DNA from: a virus
DNA: 64,000 nucleotides
Reading direction: 5' to 3' (one strand)
Virus record (IMG/VR): IMGVR_UViG_3300009431_000004
Shown here: in pieces, positions 8,532 through 17,895 of the stretch
Layout: every line of letters begins with the position of its first letter
How positions within the stretch are numbered: the first letter of the stretch is position 1
Notes under the pieces: generated by a model
What the model saw: only the letters and a program-made list of their open reading frames with translations
Databases searched by the model: none
What the model was told of the DNA's origin: nothing
Made by a program: the position numbers and the translations under genes

Positions 8532-9323
8532 CTAGAGCCATGAGGGCTTGTCCTTCAAGGCTTCCTCCCAATAGTGGAAGGTGGTCGCCCACGGCTCGGG
8601 AACCTCGTCGGACTTGAGGTCATAACGCTCCATCACCCTGTACTTGCACCAGCGATGGAAGGACTCGGCCTTGAGCTTCACCCCGGCCAGCGTCAGGCAC
8701 CGGATGACCCGCGTGATGCGGAGCAGGTTGTGGTTGCCGGGGTGAATCCAATCGGTGTCCCGCAGGAAAGTCTCGAAGCGGCCCACGTTCCAGCTCAATT
8801 TGGCCGACAGGCTGGTGTCAGCCTTGATGGCCTCGAAGTCCTCGGGCGTCGCCACCGGGGCTTGCGGGTGCATCTTGCTGGGTTCCGGGAGTGGAAAGAG
8901 CCACTGGACTGCGGAATGGCATTTCTCCCATGCCTCGTTGGGCCACCCGAGAGCTTCGTCCCGCGTGAATCCCTCCTCGGGGTGTTTTGCGCCCCGGAAG
9001 AATCCGATGATGGTGGTCGGCTCCTGTTCCTGCTCCTCGATGAGCTTGCGGAGTTCGGCGGCCCGGTCGGTGTGGTACTTGATGGAATCCTCTGACCGCT
9101 TGACCTGCGCCCGGAGATAGTCCAGCGGGGGCGTGTCCACGCGCTCGACATCGGTCTGGCGGTACTTGTCCGACCAATTGAACTCCTCGCCCAGCTCCCG
9201 CGCTCTCTCCTGCGCCCACTCTTTCCATTCGTCCTCGGAAGCCAGCAGCACGTCGTCGTAGGCCCAATTCGCCCATCCGTGGGCGAACATGGAGCGGTAG
9301 CGGTAGAAGATGCGAACACTCAT
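8532..9323 (-). CDS. OGFr-N-like domain protein
   Basis: WEKCHSAVQWLFPLPEPS..HPQAP and NHNLLRITRVIRCL motifs. Confidence 0.7.
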   Translation of the reverse strand: MSVRIFYRYRSMFAHGWANWAYDDVLLASEDEWKEWAQERARELGEEFNWSDKYRQTDVERVDTPPLDYLRAQVKRSEDSIKYHTDRAAELRKLIEEQEQEPTTIIGFFRGAKHPEEGFTRDEALGWPNEAWEKCHSAVQWLFPLPEPSKMHPQAPVATPEDFEAIKADTSLSAKLSWNVGRFETFLRDTDWIHPGNHNLLRITRVIRCLTLAGVKLKAESFHRWCKYRVMERYDLKSDEVPEPWATTFHYWEEALKDKPSWL

Positions 9324-9324
9324 G

Positions 9325-9609
9325 CTAATACTCCCCTTCAAACATCAAGTCCCTGCGGCATTCCTGCCACAGTCGTATTGCAGACTCCGAACTGAAAGTA
9401 GCGTGGTTCACGCTGGTCGCCAGCGAGTCGATGGATGCGGTGAGCCTCTCGTTGCGCGACCGACACGATTTCAACAGCTCCTCACAGACGTTTGCCCGAA
9501 CCCCCGTGGTCAACAGTTGGTCGGTCCGCCCGTCCTCGTACCCGAGCCACCTACCGAGGGCGACTCCTACCAGCAGGGCCAGCAGTGCTATGAGTATGGT
9601 CCTGCTCAC
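9325..9609 (-). CDS. small membrane-anchored protein
   Basis: N-terminal hydrophobic helix followed by a coiled region. Confidence 0.55.
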   Translation of the reverse strand: MSRTILIALLALLVGVALGRWLGYEDGRTDQLLTTGVRANVCEELLKSCRSRNERLTASIDSLATSVNHATFSSESAIRLWQECRRDLMFEGEY

Positions 9610-11576
9610 AGCCCCGCCAGTGTCTTTGCCTCGTCCTCGCTGATGACCTTGGTGCCGTACTGGCGGGCCTTCACGGCCTTGCCGGACTGGCTGTTCGGGT
9701 CAGCCGCGATGAGGTAGGTCAGGGTCTTGGAGACGCTGGACTTCTCGGTCGCGCCCTGCTTCTCCAAGGCTTCGCTCAGGTCCGCGTTGCGGAAGCCGGT
9801 CAGGCAAAAGGTCTGCCCGACAAGCGGCCCGGTCGCGGTCTGCACCGTGATTTTCGCCTCGCTGACCAGCTTGGCGATGAGGCCCAACCGGGCGAGGTAT
9901 CCGTCCACGAAGCTCTGGGCCTTGGTCTGGCCGACTCCGGGGATTTTCGCCACGTCCGCGACATACGCCTGTGACATCAGGTGGAGGCTGGTGTATCTGC
10001 CGTCCACAATCATCTTCGCCATGCTCCGCCCGATGAGCGGGATGCCGAGCGCACCCACGAATACGTGGATGGGCAGGGTCTTCTTCTTGTTCAGGTTCGT
10101 GATGGCCTTCACCGCGCTGCCCCCGGCCCGACGACCGTTGATGTCCACGTCCGCCGCCTTGTCCGGGTCCAGCAGGTAGAGGTCCGCGATGTCCGACACC
10201 ATGCCAGCCGCGATGAGGGCTTCGATGAGGGTGTCTCCGACGTGGAGGACACCGATTTTCTTGACCCACCGCTTGATGGCTCCGGCGACTTGCGCGGGGC
10301 AGTCGTCACCCCGGCACACGAGGTACTCACCGTCGCGCACCAGCGGGGTCTGACACTCCGGGCAAACGTCCGGCGGCTTGAACTCGACCGGGCTGCCCGA
10401 GGCCGGTTTCACGATGCTCTCGACGTAGGGAATCACGTCGTTGCGCCGCGCCACGAGGATGGTGTCCCCGTCGCAGGGGTAGGTGCCGATGCCTCCGGCG
10501 TCCCGGACCAGCGACTCCATGTTGCTGATGTTGTGCAGGGACGCCTGTTTCACCTTCGCCATGGCGAACTGCACCATGTCGAATTCCGCGACCGGGGTGA
10601 TTCGCCCGGAGTTGCCGACCTGCCACCGGATGTTGCGGAGGATGGTGGTCAGTTCCTCATGCGGGAACTTGTAGGCGATGGCTCCCTTGGGCCTGTGGTT
10701 CTTCTCCCCGAGGGCATCCCGCTTCAAGGTCGAGTCGGCCTCGACGACGAGGCCGTCGATGGCGTAGTCGAGGGAATCGCGGATGGTGTCCACGTAGTCC
10801 TTGTAGAGGGCTTTCACGCCGCTCTCGGTGGTCAGCACTTGCCAGCGCGGGGTCTGGAACCCCATCCCTTCCAGTCCCTCCATTTCGGCACTCTTGGACG
10901 CCATGCCGCGTCCGCCGGGGAGCAACTGGTAGGACTTGATGGTCAGGAACCGGCACTTGTCCGCGCCGGACTGCCTCTTGCTCGTCCCGGCTGCGGTGTT
11001 GCGGGGGTTGGACTCTCCGACGAAGTGGGCCGCGAAGTCCGACTTGAGGCAGACGACCTCGCCACGCACGAACACGAGGTCCGGGGTGGAGGTGCCGTCC
11101 GGCATCTTCGGCGGGAGCATCTTGACTGCGCCCTTCATCAGGAGGACGTTGCGGGTGATGTCCTCACCTTCCGTGCCGTCCCCACGGGTGAGTCCCTGTA
11201 CCAGCTTGCGCCCCTTGTACTGAAGGCTCAGGCTGATACCGTCCAGCTTGTCCGTGACCATGATGTCGTCGCCGGGCTTGAAGCCGCAGGACTTGAACCA
11301 GTCACCGAGTTCGTCTTCCACGCCGGACTCGTCGTGTTGGGCCTTGTTCAAGGAACCCATGGGGATTTGGTGCTTGACCTTGGGCCACGCGCCACCCGAA
11401 GGAGCCGCGCCGATGTGCGCGAGGGCCGCATGGTTCGGGTCGAGCTTGCGAAGCTCGTCTTCGAGCGCGTCGTACTCGGCGTCCGTGATGACCAATTCGT
11501 CGGACTGGTTGTAATAGGTACGCTTGGCCGCTTCAATTTTGTCGGCCAGTTTCTTGATTGCTTGGGTCTTGTTCAT
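9606..11576 (-). CDS. ligA: NAD+-dependent DNA ligase
   Basis: KLDG adenylation motif, VRGEV, IDGLVV, AIAYKF, OB fold, C4 Zn finger, HhH repeats, C-terminal BRCT (TFCLTG). Confidence 0.96.
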   Translation of the reverse strand: MNKTQAIKKLADKIEAAKRTYYNQSDELVITDAEYDALEDELRKLDPNHAALAHIGAAPSGGAWPKVKHQIPMGSLNKAQHDESGVEDELGDWFKSCGFKPGDDIMVTDKLDGISLSLQYKGRKLVQGLTRGDGTEGEDITRNVLLMKGAVKMLPPKMPDGTSTPDLVFVRGEVVCLKSDFAAHFVGESNPRNTAAGTSKRQSGADKCRFLTIKSYQLLPGGRGMASKSAEMEGLEGMGFQTPRWQVLTTESGVKALYKDYVDTIRDSLDYAIDGLVVEADSTLKRDALGEKNHRPKGAIAYKFPHEELTTILRNIRWQVGNSGRITPVAEFDMVQFAMAKVKQASLHNISNMESLVRDAGGIGTYPCDGDTILVARRNDVIPYVESIVKPASGSPVEFKPPDVCPECQTPLVRDGEYLVCRGDDCPAQVAGAIKRWVKKIGVLHVGDTLIEALIAAGMVSDIADLYLLDPDKAADVDINGRRAGGSAVKAITNLNKKKTLPIHVFVGALGIPLIGRSMAKMIVDGRYTSLHLMSQAYVADVAKIPGVGQTKAQSFVDGYLARLGLIAKLVSEAKITVQTATGPLVGQTFCLTGFRNADLSEALEKQGATEKSSVSKTLTYLIAADPNSQSGKAVKARQYGTKVISEDEAKTLAGL

Positions 11577-11598
11577 CTTCGCCTCCCTTCTGCGTACA

Positions 11599-11627
11599 CT
11601 ACTCTATGGGGACGGTTCTAAGCCCCC
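11599..11627 (-). promoter_or_regulatory. Recurrent phage promoter GGGGGCTTAG-N13-GAGTAG
   Basis: Exact motif upstream of ligA. Confidence 0.7.
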
Positions 11628-11631
11628 TCGG

Positions 11632-12123
11632 TCAGGTGGCGAACCTCTCGTTGATGACTTCGATGTTGACGCCCTTGGCCGCGAAGTGCCTCCGGGCGTG
11701 TTCGGCCAGCGTCGGATTGTAGGCCGTCTTGTAGCGGAGGTACTGCCCCTCCGGGGCGTCGGGGTCACGCAGGACCATCGACTTCTTGCACCACTGCTTC
11801 AGCTTCTTCTCTTCCAGCATGTCGTCAACCATCTGCTGAATGAGCAGGTCGAGGTCCATCGGAAGCTCGCGGGGGTAGTCCGGGGTGGGCGGGAGGGGCG
11901 GGAGGCCCTTCACATAGGCCAGCACTTTCTCACCCACGGGTCCGGGGCGGAAGCGGAAGCCACCGCTTGGGGACCAGTCGATGTTCAGTTCAGCGCCGTT
12001 GCCGCTGTCGCTCACGAGCGCGGCTCGCTTGCCGTCCACGTACAGGGTGCAGGACCACATCTCGCCTTCCATGCCGTGACCGGCACTCCGGTAGTTCTTG
12101 ATTGTCAATTTCGGGTCAGCCAT
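11632..12123 (-). CDS. hypothetical protein
   Basis: GAGGAG RBS; preceded by the promoter motif. Confidence 0.7.
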   Translation of the reverse strand: MADPKLTIKNYRSAGHGMEGEMWSCTLYVDGKRAALVSDSGNGAELNIDWSPSGGFRFRPGPVGEKVLAYVKGLPPLPPTPDYPRELPMDLDLLIQQMVDDMLEEKKLKQWCKKSMVLRDPDAPEGQYLRYKTAYNPTLAEHARRHFAAKGVNIEVINERFAT

Positions 12124-12151
12124 CGTCGTTCTCCTCAATGTCCTGCCCTCT

Positions 12152-12249
12152 CAACTCGCGGATTTCAGTCCTAAGCCCCTCTTTCCTTTAGTAGTGGCCG
12201 CGCATCCCAAGATTCTGGGAGGGGGCTTAGGACCGCGCCGAGCGAGTAG
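12152..12249. promoter_or_regulatory. Back-to-back pair of recurrent promoters (12152-12180 minus; 12221-12249 plus)
   Basis: GGGGCTTAG-N13-GAGTTG leftward and GGGGGCTTAG-N13-GAGTAG rightward, between divergent genes. Confidence 0.7.
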
Positions 12250-12277
12250 AGACAGCAGGACACGAAGGAGACGTGAC

Positions 12278-13675
12278 ATGGACGAGCGTATGAACATCAT
12301 CTGCCAGCAGGCAGCCACCTGTGGTGCTTGCGGCAAGACCATTCACAAGGACGAGGATGCGGTCTGGATTCGTATGTCGGCCAAGACGACCGAGAGGCCG
12401 GGCATCTACCACCCCCACTGCACTTCGGCCCCCGACGCGACCCCGCACATCCCCGTGAAGGAGACGAAGGTACTCACGGCGATGGCGGACGCCTTCGACA
12501 AGCCGGAAGTCAAGGCTCACGCGACGGCGCTGCAAGAGGCCGTCACCAAGCTGTGGGAGGAGGGGCATGTGCGGTTGTCCATCGGGGTCAACGGCGACCA
12601 GCACAAGACGCATCCCGATGGGGTCAGCTTCGGCTTCTACACATGGTCGAAGCACGGCTACTTCGAGAACGGCCTCGGCCACGAAATGCCCACCCGCGAC
12701 AGCCTCGCCCATGCGTGGCAGCTCGTCGAAGACATGCTTCCGAGTTGCAGGTGGAAGCACAAGCCCCCGTCCCCCGTATCGTTCCTCCGGGGGAAGCTGG
12801 CCGAACACACCAAGGCACTCGTGGAGGCGATTCAGCCCCTTGTCAAAGGCACGGCCTACCGGGTGGTCGTCTGCATCACCTCCGAGGACCTTCACAGGGC
12901 TTTCGGGGTCCAAGTATTCGGGATGTCCATGACGAACCACTACCCGGACGCGGGGCGGGTCTTGGGAGAGGCCGTCCGTAACCATCTGCGGAGCATGGAA
13001 GACAGTGCTGTCCTAGCGCAACGGGCCGAAAGGGACCGGGCGCAGTACCAGCAACGGGAGGCTGAGGCCAGACGGGACCGGGAGACGGTGGAGAAGTTCA
13101 TCGCCGCGCTCCGTCCCGGCGACCTCTGGAAGCTCGACAAGGGGCTTCTCGGCATCATCGTCGGTCCGGGGTGCGGTGGCGTCCGCGTGCTGAAGCTCGA
13201 CGGCGACATCCAGCACATCGCCATCAAGGCCAACAAGCTGCCCTACGACCGCATCATCAAGGTGCCGGACTTCATCCGGTCGCACATCGTGGAACTGGCC
13301 CCGAAACTGGCCGAAGCCGGAGCCAAGAACAAGCTGTTCCAAGCCCTCAAGGCCGCCCGGAAGGGCGTCGAAGTCATCGTCGGCCCGTACATCTTCTCGG
13401 TCCGCAAGGCCAATGACCTCGACACGATACGACCGAGGGGTGACGTATTCACCATCTTCGGGGAAGCTCACGAACAGGTTGTCCAGCGCAACCTGCGTGA
13501 AATCATGCGTGACCTCGGATGCGACGGGTACTACGACCCCTACATCCGCGCCTTCAGCCACGGGATAGGGCCGGGACCGGCCCCCAAGGAAGGCAACGGC
13601 GGGACTTCCGTCGAGGGTCTGCTGGACTTCCTGCCCGAGAGCATCAGGAAGCACATCAAGCGCATGGGCCTTTGA
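12278..13675 (+). CDS. hypothetical protein with N-terminal CxxC-x26-HxxC (PARP-type-like) zinc finger
   Basis: AAGGAG RBS before the ATG at 12278; TCGACGKTIHK...YHPHC. Confidence 0.65.
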   Translation: MDERMNIICQQAATCGACGKTIHKDEDAVWIRMSAKTTERPGIYHPHCTSAPDATPHIPVKETKVLTAMADAFDKPEVKAHATALQEAVTKLWEEGHVRLSIGVNGDQHKTHPDGVSFGFYTWSKHGYFENGLGHEMPTRDSLAHAWQLVEDMLPSCRWKHKPPSPVSFLRGKLAEHTKALVEAIQPLVKGTAYRVVVCITSEDLHRAFGVQVFGMSMTNHYPDAGRVLGEAVRNHLRSMEDSAVLAQRAERDRAQYQQREAEARRDRETVEKFIAALRPGDLWKLDKGLLGIIVGPGCGGVRVLKLDGDIQHIAIKANKLPYDRIIKVPDFIRSHIVELAPKLAEAGAKNKLFQALKAARKGVEVIVGPYIFSVRKANDLDTIRPRGDVFTIFGEAHEQVVQRNLREIMRDLGCDGYYDPYIRAFSHGIGPGPAPKEGNGGTSVEGLLDFLPESIRKHIKRMGL

Positions 13676-13704
13676 GGGGGCTTAGGAGCGGCTCAATAGA
13701 GTAG
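13676..13704 (+). promoter_or_regulatory. Recurrent phage promoter upstream of PARP
   Basis: GGGGGCTTAG-N13-GAGTAG. Confidence 0.7.
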
Positions 13705-13732
13705 AGGATACAGGCGTAGGAGGAATCACCCG

Positions 13733-15373
13733 ATGGCCACGAAACTCGGACGAAAAGAGATGCCTGCCGGACTCTCGGCGGATGACTTCAAGTACATGGG
13801 ACGCCCCGCGAACGACCAAGGCGACTTCGGCTCGGACGTGGGCATCGCGGACATGGGCTGCGTCAACCAGTTCGGTGAAGCGAACAACGCCAAGTATTAC
13901 CACGCTGGCGTGGTACAGGGCAGCGGTCGCTGGTTCGTCTACCTCGAATGGGGCCGCATGAAGGCCGCGAAGTCGTGGAACGGCGGGTTCGGCGGCGGTG
14001 ACTTCCAGTTCGTCGAATGCACCGGAGAGGGCGACGCCCGTGACTTCTTCGCCAAGCAGTGCGGCAGCAAGAACGTCAAGCGGCTCATCCAGCAGACCAT
14101 CGCCGGGAAGCTCATCTGGACGGCCAAGAAGGGCAAGGACGGATACCTCGTCCAGCGCCTCGCCACCCGTGAGAAGGGTCTGCCGGATGCCTATACCATC
14201 AAGGACGACTCGGGTGTCACCAAGACGGCGGCTCCCAAGGCCGCCCCCAAGGCGAAGAAAGCGGCCAAGCCCTCGCGCACCTTCCAGCCCGAGGTCGCGT
14301 CGCTGGCCGCAGCCCTCGTGGGCGGGACCAAGACCTACGCCCGGTCGCTCTCGGCGGCTTCGGGCATCACCCCGACCATGGACACCATCAACGAGGTTCG
14401 GGACGACATCATCCCGGCGGCTCTGGACCGCATCAAGACGGTCGGCAATGACGTTCACCGTCAGGTCGAGGACGGCGACCTCATCGCCCTGTCGAAGCTG
14501 GTCGCGGCCCTCGTCCCCCGGCCCATCCCTCGGGGCGGGCAGGACGCCACGGAGGCCATCCTGAGCGCCAACAACATCCTCGTCCTTCAGCAGGACTTGG
14601 ATGCCTTTGAGGCCGCGTTGGGCAACGAGGACTTCTCCACCGCCACGAAGGCTCCCGACGTGGACCCGGACAGCCTGCTCAACGCGAAGCTGACGTGGCT
14701 CGACCCTCGCGGCGATGCCGCGTGGCTGGCGTCGGCGTTCACACAGATGTCCAACAACCGTCACGGATACCTCGGACGTGGGTCCGCCCGTGTGAAGCAC
14801 ATCTTCATGGTGGAGCGGCCCGACCGGGACGCCCCGTTCATGGCCAAGGTCGCGGCGGTCGGCTCCAAGCGCAAGGGCCGGTTCGGCCTCAAGGCGAACC
14901 TTCAGCCCCGGCGCAAGGACTTGAACGCGCAGGAGGCCGACCTGTTCGCACAGGCCAACGTCATCATGGCCATCCACGGCACGCGCCCGGTCAACATCGC
15001 CCCCATCTTGGGCGACAACTTCCGGCTCCCCCGGAGCCTCCCCGGAGCGCAAATCACCGGAGCCAACTTCGGTCACGGCGTCTACTTCGCAACCGACTGG
15101 CGCAAGTCCTACGGCTACACGGGCCGGGGCTACTACGGCGGCGGGGGCGGAGTGGCCAACCGGGGCTGCTTCATGTTCCTCTGCGACATGGTGATGGGCA
15201 ATGCCTACCGCGCTCCCTCGACCGGCTCGTGGGGTTCCCCTCCGGGCGACACGGACAGCGTGTTCGGCGTGGGCGGCGACAGAGGCCACCGGCTCGAAAA
15301 TGACGAGCATGTCATCTTCGACCCCCACTACCAGCGCATCCGCTACATCATCGAGTTCGACTGGCTGAACTAG
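13733..15373 (+). CDS. Poly(ADP-ribose) polymerase-like protein (WGR + helical regulatory + ART catalytic domains)
   Basis: KYY...EWGR (WGR); LSKLVAALVPR helical domain; IHGTRPVN, GANFGHGVYFA..KSYGY, FLCDMVMG, NDEHVIFD...RYIIEF with an intact H-Y-E triad. Confidence 0.9.
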   Translation: MATKLGRKEMPAGLSADDFKYMGRPANDQGDFGSDVGIADMGCVNQFGEANNAKYYHAGVVQGSGRWFVYLEWGRMKAAKSWNGGFGGGDFQFVECTGEGDARDFFAKQCGSKNVKRLIQQTIAGKLIWTAKKGKDGYLVQRLATREKGLPDAYTIKDDSGVTKTAAPKAAPKAKKAAKPSRTFQPEVASLAAALVGGTKTYARSLSAASGITPTMDTINEVRDDIIPAALDRIKTVGNDVHRQVEDGDLIALSKLVAALVPRPIPRGGQDATEAILSANNILVLQQDLDAFEAALGNEDFSTATKAPDVDPDSLLNAKLTWLDPRGDAAWLASAFTQMSNNRHGYLGRGSARVKHIFMVERPDRDAPFMAKVAAVGSKRKGRFGLKANLQPRRKDLNAQEADLFAQANVIMAIHGTRPVNIAPILGDNFRLPRSLPGAQITGANFGHGVYFATDWRKSYGYTGRGYYGGGGGVANRGCFMFLCDMVMGNAYRAPSTGSWGSPPGDTDSVFGVGGDRGHRLENDEHVIFDPHYQRIRYIIEFDWLN

Positions 15374-15397
15374 GTCGGTCAGAGGGTAGAGTGACCC

Positions 15398-16345
15398 ATG
15401 CACGGCGAACTGGTAGTGATGGGAGGTTCCTCGTACCCGGCGTTCACCCGAGCCGTGTGCCATCTCCTCGGAATCCCCGCCGAAATGATGACCGTCAAGA
15501 GGTTCGTCAACGACAACCTGATGGTTCAGGCCGAGAACAACGTCCGGGGCAAGGATGTCTTCTACATCCAGACCTCGTGTCCGCCCGTGAACGACCACAT
15601 CATGGAAATGATGCTGACCATTGACGCGCTGCGTTACGCCTCGGCGGAGCGAATCACGGCGGTCATCCCCTACTTCCCCTACGTGCGGTCGGACAAGAAG
15701 GACAAGCCCCGAATCAGCATCGCCGCCCGGCTCATTGCCGACATGCTACAGACGGCAGGAGCGGACCGGGTGCTGACCATGGACCTGCACTCGGCCCAAA
15801 TCGAGGGGTTCTTCCACATCCCCGTGGACCACCTGAGAGCCATCAACGCCCTGACCACGGCCCTGTCCGTGGAGGACCTGACGGACTACGTGGTCGTGGC
15901 CAGCGACATCGGGGAGGCCAAGGAAGCGGCCCCCTTCGCCAACAAGCTGGACCTCCCCATCGCCGTCATCGACAAGCGGCGCACGGGGGAAGACGACGAC
16001 AGGTCTTACGTGAGTTCCATGGTGGGCGACATCGTGGGGAAGCACTGTCTCCTCATCGACGACGAGACGGCCACCGCCGAGACGCTCTGCAATGCAGCCC
16101 ACTTCCTCATGGAACACGAGGCGGCATCGGTCGAGGCAGTCGTTACGCACCCGGTCTTGGAAGGGGAGGCCGTGGAGCGGCTCGAAATGTCCCCCATCCG
16201 CCGGGTCTTGGTCGCGGATACAATCCCGACCATGAAGAAGCAGAGCCGGGGCAGCAAGCTCCATCTGGTCACAGTGACCGAAGTGTTCGCGGACGCCATC
16301 CAGCGCATTCACAGCGAGGCCCCTCTCAGCCCGCTGTTCGATTAG
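15398..16345 (+). CDS. prs: Ribose-phosphate pyrophosphokinase (PRPP synthetase family)
   Basis: NVRGKDV, PYFPYVRSDK, TMDLHSAQIEGFF, IDKRR, LIDDETAT, THPV motifs. Confidence 0.92.
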   Translation: MHGELVVMGGSSYPAFTRAVCHLLGIPAEMMTVKRFVNDNLMVQAENNVRGKDVFYIQTSCPPVNDHIMEMMLTIDALRYASAERITAVIPYFPYVRSDKKDKPRISIAARLIADMLQTAGADRVLTMDLHSAQIEGFFHIPVDHLRAINALTTALSVEDLTDYVVVASDIGEAKEAAPFANKLDLPIAVIDKRRTGEDDDRSYVSSMVGDIVGKHCLLIDDETATAETLCNAAHFLMEHEAASVEAVVTHPVLEGEAVERLEMSPIRRVLVADTIPTMKKQSRGSKLHLVTVTEVFADAIQRIHSEAPLSPLFD

Positions 16346-16356
16346 GAGGTCCCGAC

Positions 16357-16899
16357 ATGGACACCATTTTTCTTGTTGCATGTGCGTTGACGATTCTGGG
16401 CGGTCTGGTGGGCCTGACCACGGTGGGCTGGTCGGTCCGCAAGGACACCGCCGTTACCGGGACATACCTCGTCCCGGTCTACAAGTGGGCGTCCGTCCGG
16501 CACATCATCACCGGGGGCCTCCTGACTGCTCAGTTCATGACCGGGATTCTGGGGGCGGTCGCTGCGTTCGTGCATGGGGGTCCGATGCCCATTGCGGCCT
16601 ACATCTGCGTCCTGAGCATGATTGCTGTAGGGACGCTTGGCTCCATCGCTCTCAACTACCTGTGGAACAGGCACGACGCCGGGTGGGTTCCGCTCATCGT
16701 GACCGCGACGGCCAATATGTACTGCACGGCCTGTGGTCAGCGGATAAACACCAGTCGGAAGCTCGGAGGCTGGTGCGCGTCGTGCGGAGCCGGACCCGAC
16801 GAGGAGTGTGACCCCAAGAAGCACCTGCGGCGCGAGAAATCCGGGGATGACAGGCCCGCCCGGACGCGCAACAAGGGTGCGAAGCGGAGGCGGAAGTGA
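16357..16899 (+). CDS. membrane protein with C-terminal Zn-ribbon motifs
   Basis: About 3 TM helices followed by CxxC...CxxC. Confidence 0.6.
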   Translation: MDTIFLVACALTILGGLVGLTTVGWSVRKDTAVTGTYLVPVYKWASVRHIITGGLLTAQFMTGILGAVAAFVHGGPMPIAAYICVLSMIAVGTLGSIALNYLWNRHDAGWVPLIVTATANMYCTACGQRINTSRKLGGWCASCGAGPDEECDPKKHLRREKSGDDRPARTRNKGAKRRRK

Positions 16900-17393
16900 T
16901 GCTGGCAATCTTGGCCATGACCGCCTCGGACTGGGGTCTTCTCGCAGGAGTGCTGGTGGGCCTCGTGGTGGGGGCTTTCTTCGTGGTGCCCCGGATACCG
17001 GGGCTGCGGCGTAAGGACCACCGGACACGGGGGCTTTGTGGCCGACCGACCATTCAGGTCAACGGGCAGCCCGTCCCCGATGACGCCTTCGACTTCGACC
17101 CGGAAACCGGCGAGGTAGTGTTCGACCGGGCGAAGTTCGCGTTCCCCGCGACCCCCAACCAGATACAAATCCAGTACGCCTACGAAGGAGCGCCCTGCCT
17201 GAACACGCTCCGGGCGGCGAGGGCGACGGGCGGACACCCTGCTTCGGGACGGTTCTGCCCGTGGTGCGGCGTGGACAAGGACAATGCGACGCCCTGCGCT
17301 CGGGATGTCTCACACGGCACCACCGAGGTCGCCTACTGCCACATCTGCGGAGCCGGGCCGGGGGACTCTTGCGACGCGGGGTTGCACTCATGA
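16896..17393 (+). CDS. membrane-anchored protein with Zn-ribbon motifs
   Basis: N-terminal TM segment; FCPWCG and YCHICG. Confidence 0.55.
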   Translation: MMLAILAMTASDWGLLAGVLVGLVVGAFFVVPRIPGLRRKDHRTRGLCGRPTIQVNGQPVPDDAFDFDPETGEVVFDRAKFAFPATPNQIQIQYAYEGAPCLNTLRAARATGGHPASGRFCPWCGVDKDNATPCARDVSHGTTEVAYCHICGAGPGDSCDAGLHS

Positions 17394-17827
17394 ACATCTT
17401 TCAAGGTCTTCTTCTGGCAGCTCAGGTGGTCGCCTTCTTCGGGGCGTTTGCGATGGTCGTGGCGACTGTCCTTTCGGCTATGGACAAGGGCTACCAGCCG
17501 GGTGGGGAGGACGCGGGAGTGGGACTCACCCACATCACCGGGGGCGGAGCTGTTCTGATTTTCGGTGCCGCCGCCCTGTTCGCCCAAGCCCACATCATCG
17601 ACGGCAAAGGGGTGACAGAGGCCAGCATCTTTCTGGCCCTGTGGGGCAGCCTGACGATTGCCTTCGCAGTGGCCTACAACGCCCGGTTCGAGACGTACTT
17701 GATAGGCTTGACGTTAGGCACTCCGGCCATCCGCCGCCCCGTGGGCTTCTGGACCCTCGTGCTTCTGGCCATGGGCGTCGTGTCCTGCGTCAATGGAATC
17801 GTGGGGGGCTTAGGTCTGGCCCAATAG
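17390..17827 (+). CDS. 4-TM membrane protein
   Basis: ATGA overlap with the upstream gene; four hydrophobic segments. Confidence 0.6.
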   Translation: MNIFQGLLLAAQVVAFFGAFAMVVATVLSAMDKGYQPGGEDAGVGLTHITGGGAVLIFGAAALFAQAHIIDGKGVTEASIFLALWGSLTIAFAVAYNARFETYLIGLTLGTPAIRRPVGFWTLVLLAMGVVSCVNGIVGGLGLAQ

Positions 17828-17832
17828 AGTAG
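17804..17832 (+). promoter_or_regulatory. Recurrent phage promoter
   Basis: GGGGGCTTAG-N13-GAGTAG. Confidence 0.7.
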
Positions 17833-17895
17833 AGAGTATGTAAGGCTCCGATTGACGGGGCCTCTGGTCAACCCATATAGGGTGAGGAGAAACCC

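Noticed and set aside
9114-9126. 13-nt match between the spacer at 252-281 and the OGFr-like gene (self-targeting?)
   Set aside because: Too short, mid-spacer and with mismatched flanks; plausible by chance. No full protospacer was noticed in the window by eye.
15398-16345. Complete NARP1 NAD+ reconstitution pathway
   Set aside because: No Namat/NAMPT-like partner in the window, so only the Prs/Adps-like half is present.
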